Shown one piece after another: positions 30,784-41,094 of a DNA stretch of 64,000 nt. Source of the stretch: Alphaproteobacteria bacterium (lineage in GTDB: Bacteria; Pseudomonadota; Alphaproteobacteria; JAAXGF01). The notes beneath the pieces are model-generated. The model saw nothing but the letters and a program-made list of their open reading frames with translations, made no database searches and was not told the origin of the DNA. The stretch lies in NCBI GenBank assembly GCA_963555825.3, contig CAUVXB020000002.1:704001-768000 (forward strand), read 5' to 3'. The stretch's first letter is position 1. Each line of letters begins with the position of its first letter. The position numbers and the translations under genes are program-made.

Positions 30784-32279
30784 GCGCCGAGCCCCGACAG
30801 CAGGCTCATGTACGACTTGGCGGACGTCATCGCGACCCGGGCGCGCGGCAGATACGGATAGACGTCGAGGTTGAGCCTGGGCGGCCGCCGCTCGATGCGG
30901 CACAGTACCAGGTGCTTCACCGCATCAAAGCCGATTGCGCCGAGCCGCAGGGCGTCGCCGACCGCACCCTCGACCTCCTCGAGCCGGAAGGTCTCCAGTA
31001 GACGGAGCACCTGGACGTACTCGCGCTTGCCTGCCTTGCCCATACGAGCTTCGAGGAGCCGCCGCAGAGTGATGAAGGCCTCGGGCAGGTCCCAGCCCGC
31101 CAATGGCGCGGCCTGGTCGAGGGCGCCGATCTTCTGCTCGATCAAGGGCAGGTAATGCAGCGGGTCGAAGATCAGGTCCTCGCTGTCGTAGGACCGGCGG
31201 TGCCGGGCGATCACCTCGGCCCCGCAGCTGATCACCACCTCATCGACGTAGCCCCGGATGAGCACCTCACGGTGGCCGTAGGCCACGGGCACGGAATAGT
31301 CGTTGCTGCGGTAACGCACCAGCGACAGCGAACTCGCCCGTCCAGGGCGCTTATCGCAGGCATCATAGGGAGCAGGCGGCAATGGCAAGAGAACTTGACG
31401 ATCCCGCTCGAGACGCTCGCCGATGGTCTCCTTGTGGCCCCGCAGCCGCGCCGCCTGGCGCCGGCGGCACTGTTCGGCGAGAGCATCGTTGAGGGCCGCG
31501 AAGCTCTCGGCACGCGGGACGGGGACCAGGAAGTTCCGCCGGATGAAGCCGACCAGTCCCTCGACCTTGCCCTTGTCGTTGCCCTTGCCCGGCCGGCCGA
31601 ACCTGTCCTCGAACAGATAGTGGGACTGAAGCTCCGTGAAGACGCGCGTTCGCTGCCGCTTCCCATCGCCCAGGATCCGGGCAACCGCCAGCTTGGTGTT
31701 GTCGTACAGGATGGATCGGGGGACGCCGCCGAAGAAGGCAAACGCCGCGTTGTGGCCATCGCAGAATGCTTCGGTCGTCTCCGCCGGATAGGCCGCAACA
31801 AAGCAACCATCACTGTGGGGAAGGTCGAAGGCAAGGAAGTGGATCTTCCGTAACGCGCCGCCGATCACCGCCATCGCTTCGCCGAAGTCCGCCTGGGCGT
31901 GACCGGGGGAATGGGAGAGTGGCACGAACACCTCACGCGACCGAAGCCCCTGCTCACGAACGTAGTCCTTCACGATGGTGTAGCCGCCCGTGAAACCGTA
32001 CTCGTCCCGGAGGCGGTCGAAGATGCGCTTCGCAGTGTGCCGTTGCTTGCGGTGGCTGGTCCGATCGTCTTCCAAGATCCGATCGATGATTCCCGTGAAC
32101 GGACCCAGCTTTGGCCGCCTCGGCGGCGCGCTTCGGCGATACCCTGGCGGCACCGAGAACGACAGCATCTTACGGACCGTCTTGCGGTCTACACCAAACA
32201 CCCGCGAGGCCTCGCGGGTGCTCATCCCCTCGACATGACACGCCCGCCGAACCCGTGCGTACAACTCCACCCGATACAT
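30780..32279 (-). CDS. istA: IS21 transposase
   Basis: HTH; QADFG, LYDN and KGKVE motifs. Confidence 0.95.
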   Translation of the reverse strand: MYRVELYARVRRACHVEGMSTREASRVFGVDRKTVRKMLSFSVPPGYRRSAPPRRPKLGPFTGIIDRILEDDRTSHRKQRHTAKRIFDRLRDEYGFTGGYTIVKDYVREQGLRSREVFVPLSHSPGHAQADFGEAMAVIGGALRKIHFLAFDLPHSDGCFVAAYPAETTEAFCDGHNAAFAFFGGVPRSILYDNTKLAVARILGDGKRQRTRVFTELQSHYLFEDRFGRPGKGNDKGKVEGLVGFIRRNFLVPVPRAESFAALNDALAEQCRRRQAARLRGHKETIGERLERDRQVLLPLPPAPYDACDKRPGRASSLSLVRYRSNDYSVPVAYGHREVLIRGYVDEVVISCGAEVIARHRRSYDSEDLIFDPLHYLPLIEQKIGALDQAAPLAGWDLPEAFITLRRLLEARMGKAGKREYVQVLRLLETFRLEEVEGAVGDALRLGAIGFDAVKHLVLCRIERRPPRLNLDVYPYLPRARVAMTSAKSYMSLLSGLGA

Positions 32280-32857
32280 CCCCCCCGCCTTCCAGTCAGA
32301 GCAACCCTGACAGAAGGCTATACGCGGTCCCATTTTGGTCCGCCGCAGCCGGATCGACCGGCCGCTTCAGTGGGGGATTATTGCTCTGCCGTTCTCACAC
32401 ACCCCTTCGTCGGAGAGATCGAACATGTGCTTGAGGATATGCACCCCGACCATCATCCGCGTCGGGATGCCGGGGCGGCCTTCCTCGGAATAGAAGGCGT
32501 CATAGGCGTCGTCGAAAAACGCCCAGTCGATCGCCGCGCCCAGACGAACGAGTTGGTGACCCATGTCGATGATGTTCTCAAGCCGCGAGCGGAACAGATC
32601 GTCCGTTCCCGACGGTGGCTTTCGAGAGGGCTTCATGGCTGTCTCTCCGTCCTTGCAAAGGACAGAGAATCACGCCACGGCGAGAAAGAGAATCCCTTAA
32701 ATTCCGTTTTCCAAATTGCAAGGTTTCGAGGCCGAAACCGCGGAATCTTGCAAAAACGATTACTTCAAAACAACGGGAAGGGATTGAAAATAAACCGTGT
32801 CGAGGTTTTTCACGGGCGACCGATTAGGGAAGGCCGGCGGGACGTCACACCTTTTAA

Positions 32858-35676
32858 CCGACATTTCCCAGATAGCCTTCAAATCCATGACAATCATACT
32901 CAAATTGCGCCGCCGTTGTAATGGCTTTCCCTCCGCAGCCGTCCGATAGCCTGATTTTGGTGAGTTGGCCGTGCCCGGAAGGCCCTTTTCCCATATTTTC
33001 CGCCATCCAGGCGTACCTCCCCCGCACTTTTCACCTCGCCGTCGATTCCCTCGGCCTACGCCGGAACGGGTTTTCGTCGTAGATCATCAATCAGGCTCAG
33101 GATTTTCCGGAACAGTTCCCTCGGCACCGCCACCTCGGCTAATTGGAACGTGACGTACCGGCCATGGCTGACCACTTTCGCACCGATCTTGACCAGCTTC
33201 TCCCGTAGCGTGGTCAGAGACCAGTGTTCCACCTCCTTTGGCAAGGCCAACGTCCGCATGAAGTTGGCAAGATTGTAGGCCAGGGCGTGAAGCTGGAGCC
33301 GGACGGCGTTGCCGTGGAACTTCCGGCATGACAGCCGGGTCCATTTGATCGCGCACTTGCCTTCCTTGATGTACTGCTCCGCTTTGCCCCGCTGATTGTA
33401 GAAGGCCACCACCCGCTCGGCTGGCCGCGACAGGTTGGTGACGATGTAGCCGACACGGGGAACCAGCTCGCCGGGGTGCCATTCCACCTTGGCCACCACG
33501 CGCCGCTTCCTGTCCCAGCTTCCGGCCTGATAGCTGAAACTGGCGTAATAGCGCCGCACATGGTTCGGCGGTCGGCCAACAGGTCGCGTGAGCAGATGGC
33601 CGATGCTTTCCTGGAGAACCTTGTTGGCTTTGAGGCGGATCGCGTACAGGAAGCCCTCGGCTTCGAGGTAATCGTAAATCTCCGGCGAGGCGAAGGCGGC
33701 ATCGCCCCGGAAATACAGTCGTACCTTCCGACCCTTATAGCGAACGACAACCGGCTTCAACACGCCTTCCCAGTCATCGGCACTGTGGACGTTGCCGGGA
33801 CGGAGGGAACTCCGTTCCAGATCGCCGAACTGGTTGAACAGGAATAGAGGGTGGTAGCAAGTGCATCCAAAGTGTCCGTTGTAGGCCGTTCCTTCCTGGT
33901 CGCCGTGGGTCGGGCTGACGCTGCTGTCCATGTCGAGAATGATCTTCGTCGGCGGGTGCCGGTCATGAACCTTGTCGATCCATTGCCCGGAAAGATTGGC
34001 CAAGGCTTCAACGTTCGCGTTGGTGGCCAGAACCTCCGTCTCGAAGCGCCCCATCTGACTGGTCGAGGCTGCCTGTTTCGTGACAGCATGGCCGCCGACG
34101 ATCCATCGCATGACCGGGTCGAGGCTGAGCCGGTCGGCATCGTTCACGTCGTCGTACCCCCCAAGGCGTCCGAAAACGGACTGGCGGAACTGCCCGACAA
34201 GACCGTGGCGACCGTTCTTCCCACGACGGGTATCCGTGAGTACGTCCCCGGCAATCTCGCTCAGTCCGACCGCATCGTCCAGTTCCCGGTACGGCAACAA
34301 CCCAGCGTCGGAAGTGACCTTGGAACCGTGGAAATCCAGCTTCAGCCGACGGTCAAAACCGAGCCTCAAAACCCCTGCTTCCCTTTCACCCATCGGGTGA
34401 GCCATATCAACACCCCAAATCTGCCTATAACGTAATGATTCTTATACCAGTGAGCGCCTGAATTGACTCTCGGGATATTCATTGATGGCGGATGATGGCG
34501 GATTGTGATTCTATGGTCTCCCACCAGATGTGGGGGATGTCATGGGATCAGCACTCAAGATACGGGATGATTTGACGCCTTTGGAGCTTCGGCGCTGGGC
34601 TCGCGTGGAATCGTACGGTCGAGCGGCGGCGCGGGCCTATGGGATCGCGAATGCTTTGGAGGAGATGCCCCGGGCTGATGCCGCGCGGCTTGCGGGGATG
34701 GATCGCCAAACGCTTCGCGACGCGGTTGTTCGTTACAATGCAAAGGGATTGGAGGGGCTTCACGACCGTCCAAAGGGCTACTCGCCGCGGCGGCTGACGG
34801 CAGACGAGGAAGCGGCGCTGGCGGCGGTCATCATCGCCGGGCCGGAGCCTGAGCGCGACGGGGTTTGCGCCTGGACCCGGGCCGATCTGTGCCGCTGGCT
34901 GGAGGAGCGCTTCGCCAAGACCTACCACCCCTCGAGCATGACCCGGGTTCTACGGCGGATGGGATTTTCCCGCCAGAAGGCGCGCCCGAGCCACCCGCGA
35001 AGGGACGCCGAAGCGCAGGAGCGCTTCAAAAAAGGGGGCTTCGCGACATCCTGAAGGCGACCGCCGCGGCGCATCCCGACAAGCGCCTACAGCTGTGGTT
35101 TCAGGATGAAGCGCGCGTCGGCAACAAGGGCCGGGTGTGTCACCGGTGGTGGCGCAGGGGCGAGCGTGCCCCCGGGACGCGTCAAATCGGCTACCAGTGG
35201 GCCTACATCTTCTCCGCCGTGCGCCCGGACACCGGCGACGACGTCACCCTGGTGATGCCGAGCGTCAACGCCAAGGTCATGGACCTGTTTCTCGCACACT
35301 TCGCCGATACCCTGGACCAGGATGCGCACGCCGTCATGATGTGCGACGGCGCCGGTTGGCACGACGAGCGCGCCCTCACCGTCCCCGACAACGTCACCTT
35401 GGCGCTGTTGCCGCCTTACAGTCCCGAACTCAACCCCGTCGAGCGGGTTTGGCTCTACCTACGCGAACGCTTCCTATCGCTCCGCGTCCTCGACGACACC
35501 GAGGCCATCATCGACGCCTGTTGCCAAGCATGGATCGACCTCATCGCAGAACCGGATCGTATGCGAACCCTCTGCGCCTATCCATGGATCATGAAGGTGA
35601 TTTCATAGGCTCACTGGTATGATACCAGAATCCGGGTACGATGTCGTCAAATCACAGGTCATCTGGGCAATGCGGG
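32858..35676 (-). mobile_element. IS1380-family element (transposase 33056-34405) with IS630 inserted in its 5' non-coding end
   Basis: IRs CCGACATTTCCCAGAT/ATCTGGGCAATGCGGG, 5-bp duplication TTTAA; TSDAG, LDMDS and YNQRG motifs. Confidence 0.92.
34445..35619 (+). mobile_element. IS630-family element, copy 3
   Basis: Same IRs and ORFs (34530-35054, 34865-35608) as the other copies. Confidence 0.95.
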
Positions 35677-35733
35677 TTTAATCCCCACCAAGGGCCGGTC
35701 CTTGGAACCCCATAAACGGGGTCCACGGGTTTT

Positions 35734-36474
35734 TTAAACCCGGGAGGCGAGCCCCGCGCGGCCCTGCGACGCGGCGAGGGGGCGTTTTTTTCCGCTCCCG
35801 GCCGGCGTCCCGATTTCCAGCGTTGCCCGGGTAAAGGTCTCGACGTAGTCGATCAGCGCGTCCGAAGCCCGTCCCGCCTCGCCGGGGTCGCCCCCGGCGA
35901 TGGCGCGGGCGAACCGGGCATGCAGGCTGGCGCACAGGGGCAGGTCCGCCGCCTCCTTGTAATGCATGTACCAAAACCGGCGTGACATTCCGTGCATCAG
36001 CCCCATCGCGCGGCTCGCATACTCGTTACGGGCGGCCTTCGAGACCAGCATGTTCAGGGCGTAATCAAAACGCATGAAACTGATATCGTCGTTCTCGCGC
36101 GCCGTCTTTTCCATGCCGTCGGCGATCTCAAGGAACCGGGCCTTCTCTTCTTCCGTCTGGCGCACGGTGGCTCTTCGCGCCATCAGCCGTTCCAGCTCGC
36201 GCCGCACCTCGAGCACAAGCAGTTGCTTGCGCGGATTGATCTCGGAAACCAGGATGCCCTTGCGCGGCAGGATAACGACGAGGCCTTCGCGGGCAAGCCG
36301 CTGCAACGCCTCGCGGATCGGCGTCCGGCCGAACCCCAGTTCGCTGGCAAGCACGCCCTCCGAGAGCACGGCGCCGGGCTCCAGCCGGAGCGTTACGATC
36401 AACTCCTCGAGCTGATCGTAGGCGCGGTCGGTCAGGCTCATTTTTCCGGGTCTTATGTCTTGAACCTTGGGCAT
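35734..36474 (-). CDS. GntR (FadR/FCD) family transcriptional regulator
   Basis: LSEGVLASELGFGRTPIREALQRL winged HTH followed by an FCD domain. Confidence 0.92.
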   Translation of the reverse strand: MPKVQDIRPGKMSLTDRAYDQLEELIVTLRLEPGAVLSEGVLASELGFGRTPIREALQRLAREGLVVILPRKGILVSEINPRKQLLVLEVRRELERLMARRATVRQTEEEKARFLEIADGMEKTARENDDISFMRFDYALNMLVSKAARNEYASRAMGLMHGMSRRFWYMHYKEAADLPLCASLHARFARAIAGGDPGEAGRASDALIDYVETFTRATLEIGTPAGSGKKRPLAASQGRAGLASRV

Positions 36475-36541
36475 CGGTATCTCCAGCCGGCGCAGTGGGC
36501 GAACTTGTGTCGATCGGCCGCAAGGGCGCAGGTAAAGACGA

Positions 36542-37420
36542 TCACATCTGTCGGCGGTTCTCGACCATGGATGCGAACTTCTCGTATTCCTCCTCGCTCA
36601 CGCCGTAGGTATGGTCCTCTTCGGGAAAGGTCCCGTCCTTGACTTCCCTGACATATCGGGAAATTTCGTCGACCGCCACCTCGGTCAGGTTGGCGAAGCG
36701 TTTGGTGAATTTCGGCTTGAAATCGGTAAACACGCCCAAGAGGTCGTGACAGAGCAGAATTTGGCCGTCGGTCCCGGCGCCGGCGCCGATTCCGATGGTC
36801 GGGATTTCCAGCTGCCGGGAAATCAACGTGGCGATTTTTCCCGGAACCGCCTCGAACTCAAGCATGAAGCATCCCGCGTCCTCGATCGCCAGCGCGTCCT
36901 CGAGAATTTTCATCGCGGCGTCGGCGGTCCGGCCCTGGATCTTGAAACCCCCGAAGACGGCCACCGTGTGGGGCGTCAGCCCGATGTGGGAGGCGGTCGG
37001 TATCCCTGCATCGACAAGCGTCCGCAATATGTGAGCCTGGCTCTTGCCGCCTTGCGGCTTCACCGCGTCGCTGGCCGCTTCCTGCATGAAACGGGCGGCG
37101 TTTTCGAGGGCACGGTCGGCGGTGTTGTAACTCTGGTAAGGCATGCAGCCGAGGACGAACGTATTGGGCGCGCCGCGGCGAACCGCCAGGGCGTGCATGA
37201 TCATCATCTCCATGGTGGCCGGGATCGTATTGGGATGGCCGTGCGCAATCATCGCCAGGCTATCACCAACCACCGCGACATCGACCCCGCCCGCCTCCGC
37301 CCACTTGGCCGAGGTGTAATCGGGCACCGACATGTAAACCATCTTTTCGCCGGTCTTCTTCGATTCACGGATTTCGGTGATCGACCGCTTTTTCTTCTCT
37401 TGCCCGCCCTCCCCGGCCAT
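36542..37420 (-). CDS. panB: Ketopantoate hydroxymethyltransferase-like protein (divergent PanB paralogue)
   Basis: VGDSL, HIGLTP and TIGIGAG..DGQIL motifs; KPQGG in place of KLEGG. Confidence 0.85.
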   Translation of the reverse strand: MAGEGGQEKKKRSITEIRESKKTGEKMVYMSVPDYTSAKWAEAGGVDVAVVGDSLAMIAHGHPNTIPATMEMMIMHALAVRRGAPNTFVLGCMPYQSYNTADRALENAARFMQEAASDAVKPQGGKSQAHILRTLVDAGIPTASHIGLTPHTVAVFGGFKIQGRTADAAMKILEDALAIEDAGCFMLEFEAVPGKIATLISRQLEIPTIGIGAGAGTDGQILLCHDLLGVFTDFKPKFTKRFANLTEVAVDEISRYVREVKDGTFPEEDHTYGVSEEEYEKFASMVENRRQM

Positions 37421-37446
37421 TACGGCTGTTTCCCTCTGATCAATCT

Positions 37447-37458
37447 GTGATATATTAA
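37447..37458. promoter_or_regulatory. Putative GntR operator, box 3
   Basis: GTGATATATTAA 27 bp upstream of the panB-gntR start. Confidence 0.55.
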
Positions 37459-37623
37459 GCCGTATGTTTTAACACACGACGCGTGGGGGTCAAGGCGCGC
37501 ACCCGTACGCAGGGGGGCCGGCGCGGCGAGCCCATCAACGCACCGTCCAGGAGATTCGATAATCCGATACGTTCCGCCGGACGAAGGAATGCCGTCCGGT
37601 CCACATGAAGGGAAGTCCTGACC

Positions 37624-37809
37624 ATGCCGAAAAACATCCGGGCGATGCTTTCCGTCATTGTCGCTTTGGTGGCGGCCGTCGCCTTTTATGTCGAAATGCA
37701 GGCCGGTGCCGGCGCGCTTAAGTGGGTCGTGCTCGCCCTGGCGGCGTTCATGATCTACGCCGTATGGCTGTTCCCCGAGGCCAAGGAGCGCCACGACGAT
37801 GGCGCTTAG
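37624..37809 (+). CDS. Small two-TM membrane protein
   Basis: Two hydrophobic helices; purine-rich sequence upstream of the start. Confidence 0.6.
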   Translation: MPKNIRAMLSVIVALVAAVAFYVEMQAGAGALKWVVLALAAFMIYAVWLFPEAKERHDDGA

Positions 37810-37811
37810 GG

Positions 37812-38948
37812 CTACGACGACAGAAACGCCTTGAAGCGGCGCGCGATCTGGTCCGGCGGCACGGTCGGACGACCGAGGTCGTCGAGGCTGCCCGGCCGGA
37901 TACGCAGATGAATCATGTGCGGACCGGCGGCACCGAACGCCCCGGCGAGGGCCCTGCCCAATCCGCCAAGGTCGTCGGCCGACACCCCGGTCGCATAGCC
38001 ACAGGCGAGCGCGACCCGGGCGAAATCGACGCCCGGGGAAACGGTCGCCTGGCCCCCGGTCGAATCGTGCACGCCGTTGTCGAGCAGGACATGCACGAGG
38101 TTCGCCGGAGCCTGCATGCCTATCGTCGCAAGGTTTCCCATCTTCATGAGCGCCGCCCCGTCGCCGTCGAGCACGATCACGGGACGCAAGACGTTAAGGG
38201 CCACGCCCAGCCCCATTGCGCTGGCACACCCCATGGAGCCCACCTGGTACAGATGCTGCCCGCGGTCGGCCAGGGTGAAAAGCTCGCGGCCGCATTTTCC
38301 AGTCGTCGCGATGAACGCGCCGGTCTCGGGCGCCGACTCCAGCACGCGCTCGAGGGCGGCAAAGCGGGTCGGGCGCTCGCCGCCCGTGGTCAGGTCCTCC
38401 GGCCGGCCGCCGGGGGGTGCCGCCGCCGGCGCCTGTTCCAACTCCGCGGACGCGACCGACCCCTTTTCCATGATCAAGGCGTAGGGCAGACCGGTTTCGT
38501 CCATAGCGGCCCCGGCCGCATCGAGCGCCGGGCGCACATCGGCGGGGGCCGTGGGAAAGGACGCATGGGGGACGCCGATATCGTCCAGGAGCGCACCGGT
38601 GATCCGGCCCATCATGGCGTGCTGGGGTTCGTCCTTGAGGCCCGGCTGGCCGCGCCAGGTAACGATGATCAGGGTGGGAATGCGAAAAGGCCGGTTCAGC
38701 GAGGTAAGGGGATTGATCGCGTTTCCAAGACCGGAATTCTGGCACATCATCACCGTCCGCCGGCCTGCCAGCCAGGCACCGGCCGCGATGGCCGTGGCCT
38801 CGCCCTCGCTGGCGGCACCCACGTAGGTCAGGTCCGGACGACTGATGACCCGGTTTATGACCGGTGTCAGGAACGAGCACGGGACGCCGGTATAGAAATT
38901 GAATCCGGCGGCGGCAGCCGGATCGAGAAAGTCGTCGGCCCGAATCAC
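37812..38948 (-). CDS. aepY: Phosphonopyruvate decarboxylase-like ThDP enzyme (sulfopyruvate activity not excluded)
   Basis: GVPCSFL, QNSGLGN, DEPQH, VGSMG and GDGAALM..DNGVHDSTGGQ motifs. Confidence 0.82.
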   Translation of the reverse strand: MIRADDFLDPAAAAGFNFYTGVPCSFLTPVINRVISRPDLTYVGAASEGEATAIAAGAWLAGRRTVMMCQNSGLGNAINPLTSLNRPFRIPTLIIVTWRGQPGLKDEPQHAMMGRITGALLDDIGVPHASFPTAPADVRPALDAAGAAMDETGLPYALIMEKGSVASAELEQAPAAAPPGGRPEDLTTGGERPTRFAALERVLESAPETGAFIATTGKCGRELFTLADRGQHLYQVGSMGCASAMGLGVALNVLRPVIVLDGDGAALMKMGNLATIGMQAPANLVHVLLDNGVHDSTGGQATVSPGVDFARVALACGYATGVSADDLGGLGRALAGAFGAAGPHMIHLRIRPGSLDDLGRPTVPPDQIARRFKAFLSS

Positions 38949-39224
38949 GGCAGGTTTCTTGTCGGCGCCGGGTCCGGCGCGTCGTCCCTGCCGAGGCGGC
39001 CAAACCGCGCCGTTCTCGGTAGTGGATCGCTAGCGGAGTATTCGGCGAGTGCGGCGTCTGCTGTCATTCGTGCATCCCCCATCGGCGGCTACATACAGTG
39101 GGCGGCAACCGGTTTCAAGACCGCGTCGCGGCCATGATGTCGATGGGCTTGCGTGACCGGCCCTTTCCCCCGTGCGGGCCGGGCATGGCGGACAGGTCGC
39201 GTCCGCCGACTCCGGCCGTGCCCG

Positions 39225-39554
39225 TCAGCCGGCGACCACCAAACGGTAGTCGGGGGTCGGATTGAGCGGGCAGGAATAGAGATAATCACCTTCCTTCAGC
39301 TCGATGGCGTAGTCCTTCGTCGTGCCCGGCGTGATACCGCCCCCGGAGACGCTGGGCAGGGTCACGCGGCCCAGGCCCTTGCCGCGCAGCCAGAAGCCGA
39401 GGGTGTAGGGGACGTTCGTGTTGGTGACCCGGAAGATGTACTTGCCGGGCTTGAGCTCCAGCACCTTCGCTCCGGCCAGCCGGTCGGCGCCGGTCTTCGC
39501 GTTGATGTCCTTGCAGTCCTCGGCCTTCATAGTGGTGAAGCCGCGATCGACGCC
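39225..39554 (-). pseudogene. Cupredoxin-fold-like exported protein, N-terminus removed by IS256
   Basis: LKPGKYIFRVTN..GDYLYSCP; the frame stays open up to the IS boundary. Confidence 0.55.
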
Positions 39555-40929
39555 GAGCTATTGTCAAAAGTTGTGTATGGGTTTGTCATGCGGCGGCGCG
39601 ATCCTGGCGTTCTCCATTGACGAATTTGACGCCTCGAATGATCTCGGCGAATTGATCTGATCCATTGAGCCTCCGCCATTTCTTGCTGGCCCCCTGGCAA
39701 AGCTTGAAGACCATGGCCATCGCCGTCTTGCGTGATAGGCAACCCTTGGTCCGATAGGTGCGAAGACGAACCGTGGCGAAGGTGCTCTCGATGGGGTTCG
39801 TCGTCCGCACATGCTTCCAATGCTCGGCGGGGAAGTCGTAGAAGCTCAGCAAGGCGTCCCGGTCCTTGGCCAGGCAGGCCGTGGCCTTTTCGTACTTCGG
39901 TCCGTAGGCTTCCACGAAGAAGTCGAAGGCGGTCTCCGCGTCGTTCCTGGTCTCGGCCATCCAGATATCCTGCAAGTGACCCTTGGCCTTGTTCTGCAGA
40001 CCCTTGGGCAGCTTATTCAAGATATTGCCCGTCTTATGCACCCAGCAGCGCTGCTCGCGGGCGGCCCCGTAGACTTGGCGGAGCGCCTTCCAGAAGCCGA
40101 GCGCGCCATCGCCGGTCACCAGTTCCGGACCGATGCCGAGACCACGCCGCTTGAGATCGAGCAGCACCTCGCACCAGGATTGTTCGCTCTCGCGGTAGCC
40201 GTCGGTGATGGCGATCAACTCCTTGGTTCCGTGATCCGTGGCGCCGATGATCACCAGGATGCATTGCTTCTCCTCTTCCAGGCGGGCGCCAAAATAGATG
40301 CCGTCGACCCAGAAGTAGACGTAGCGCTTGGCCGATAAATCACGCCGTTGCCAGCGCTCCATCTCGTCTTGCCAGACTTCCTTCAGTCGTCCGATCGTGG
40401 AGGCCGACAGACCCGGAGCCCGTGCCCCCAGCAACGCCGCCAACGCTTCCGAGAAATCGCCGGTGGAAATGCCCTTCAGATACAGCCATGGCAAAAGGTC
40501 TTCCAGGCTCTTGGCGCGGCGCAGATAGCGCGGCAGGATCGCCGACGTGAAGCGGATGGCGCCGTCCCCCCGGTCCCGCACACGGGGTTGGCGCACGCTC
40601 ACCGGGCCGATCCCGGTCTGGATGAAGCGTTCCGGCAGATATCCATTGCGGACAACCCGGCGGCGGCCGGCGGCGTCAACAAGCGCCGCATGGCTACCCA
40701 AAAACACGGAGACCTCGGCCTCAACGGCTTGGGCCAACAACTCGCGAGCTCCAGCTTGTAGGACTTCCGTCAACGGATCTTTCTGAAAATCAGATGGGTT
40801 TTGAAAAGCAACAACGGTATTCTCTTTCATGGCGTATCCTTCCTTGGCTTAGCTCAAGTGGTGACATCAACAATCACCAGGATACGCCGCCTTCATTTCA
40901 ACGCCGTACACAAGATTCGGTTATAGCTC
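39555..40929 (-). mobile_element. IS256-family element (transposase 39586-40830)
   Basis: IRs GAGCTAT../..ATAGCTC; QRCWVHK and RTTNPIES motifs; no flanking duplication. Confidence 0.93.
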
Positions 40930-41094
40930 GAACCGATCTGAGCGTACACAGTCCGGACGTACTCGCAGTTGTTGCTGACGCGCTCAATACACGGCCCCGC
41001 AAGACCCTCGGATGGAGAACTCCCGCCGAAGCTCTGGACCAGTGCTTGCAGGCCAGTCAAACTGAACGTGTTCCGACGACCGGTTGAATTCGCC
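40930..41094 (+). pseudogene. IS30 transposase C-terminal remnant and right end
   Basis: LNTRPRKTLGWRTPAE motif; end CCGGTTGAATTCGCC. Confidence 0.85.

Larger units (their letters stand above)
29828..32399 (-). mobile_element. IS21-family element, copy 1
   Basis: TGT..ACA ends, istA and istB, target duplication CACC (CACACC if the end is 32397). Confidence 0.95.
28685..32820 (-). mobile_element. IS5-family element; transposase (32636 to 28708) split by IS21
   Basis: IRs GTCGTCCGTGAA/TTCACGGGCGAC, flanking direct repeat CGATTA; the SDEGVCERW frame is restored by removing the IS21. Confidence 0.9.
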
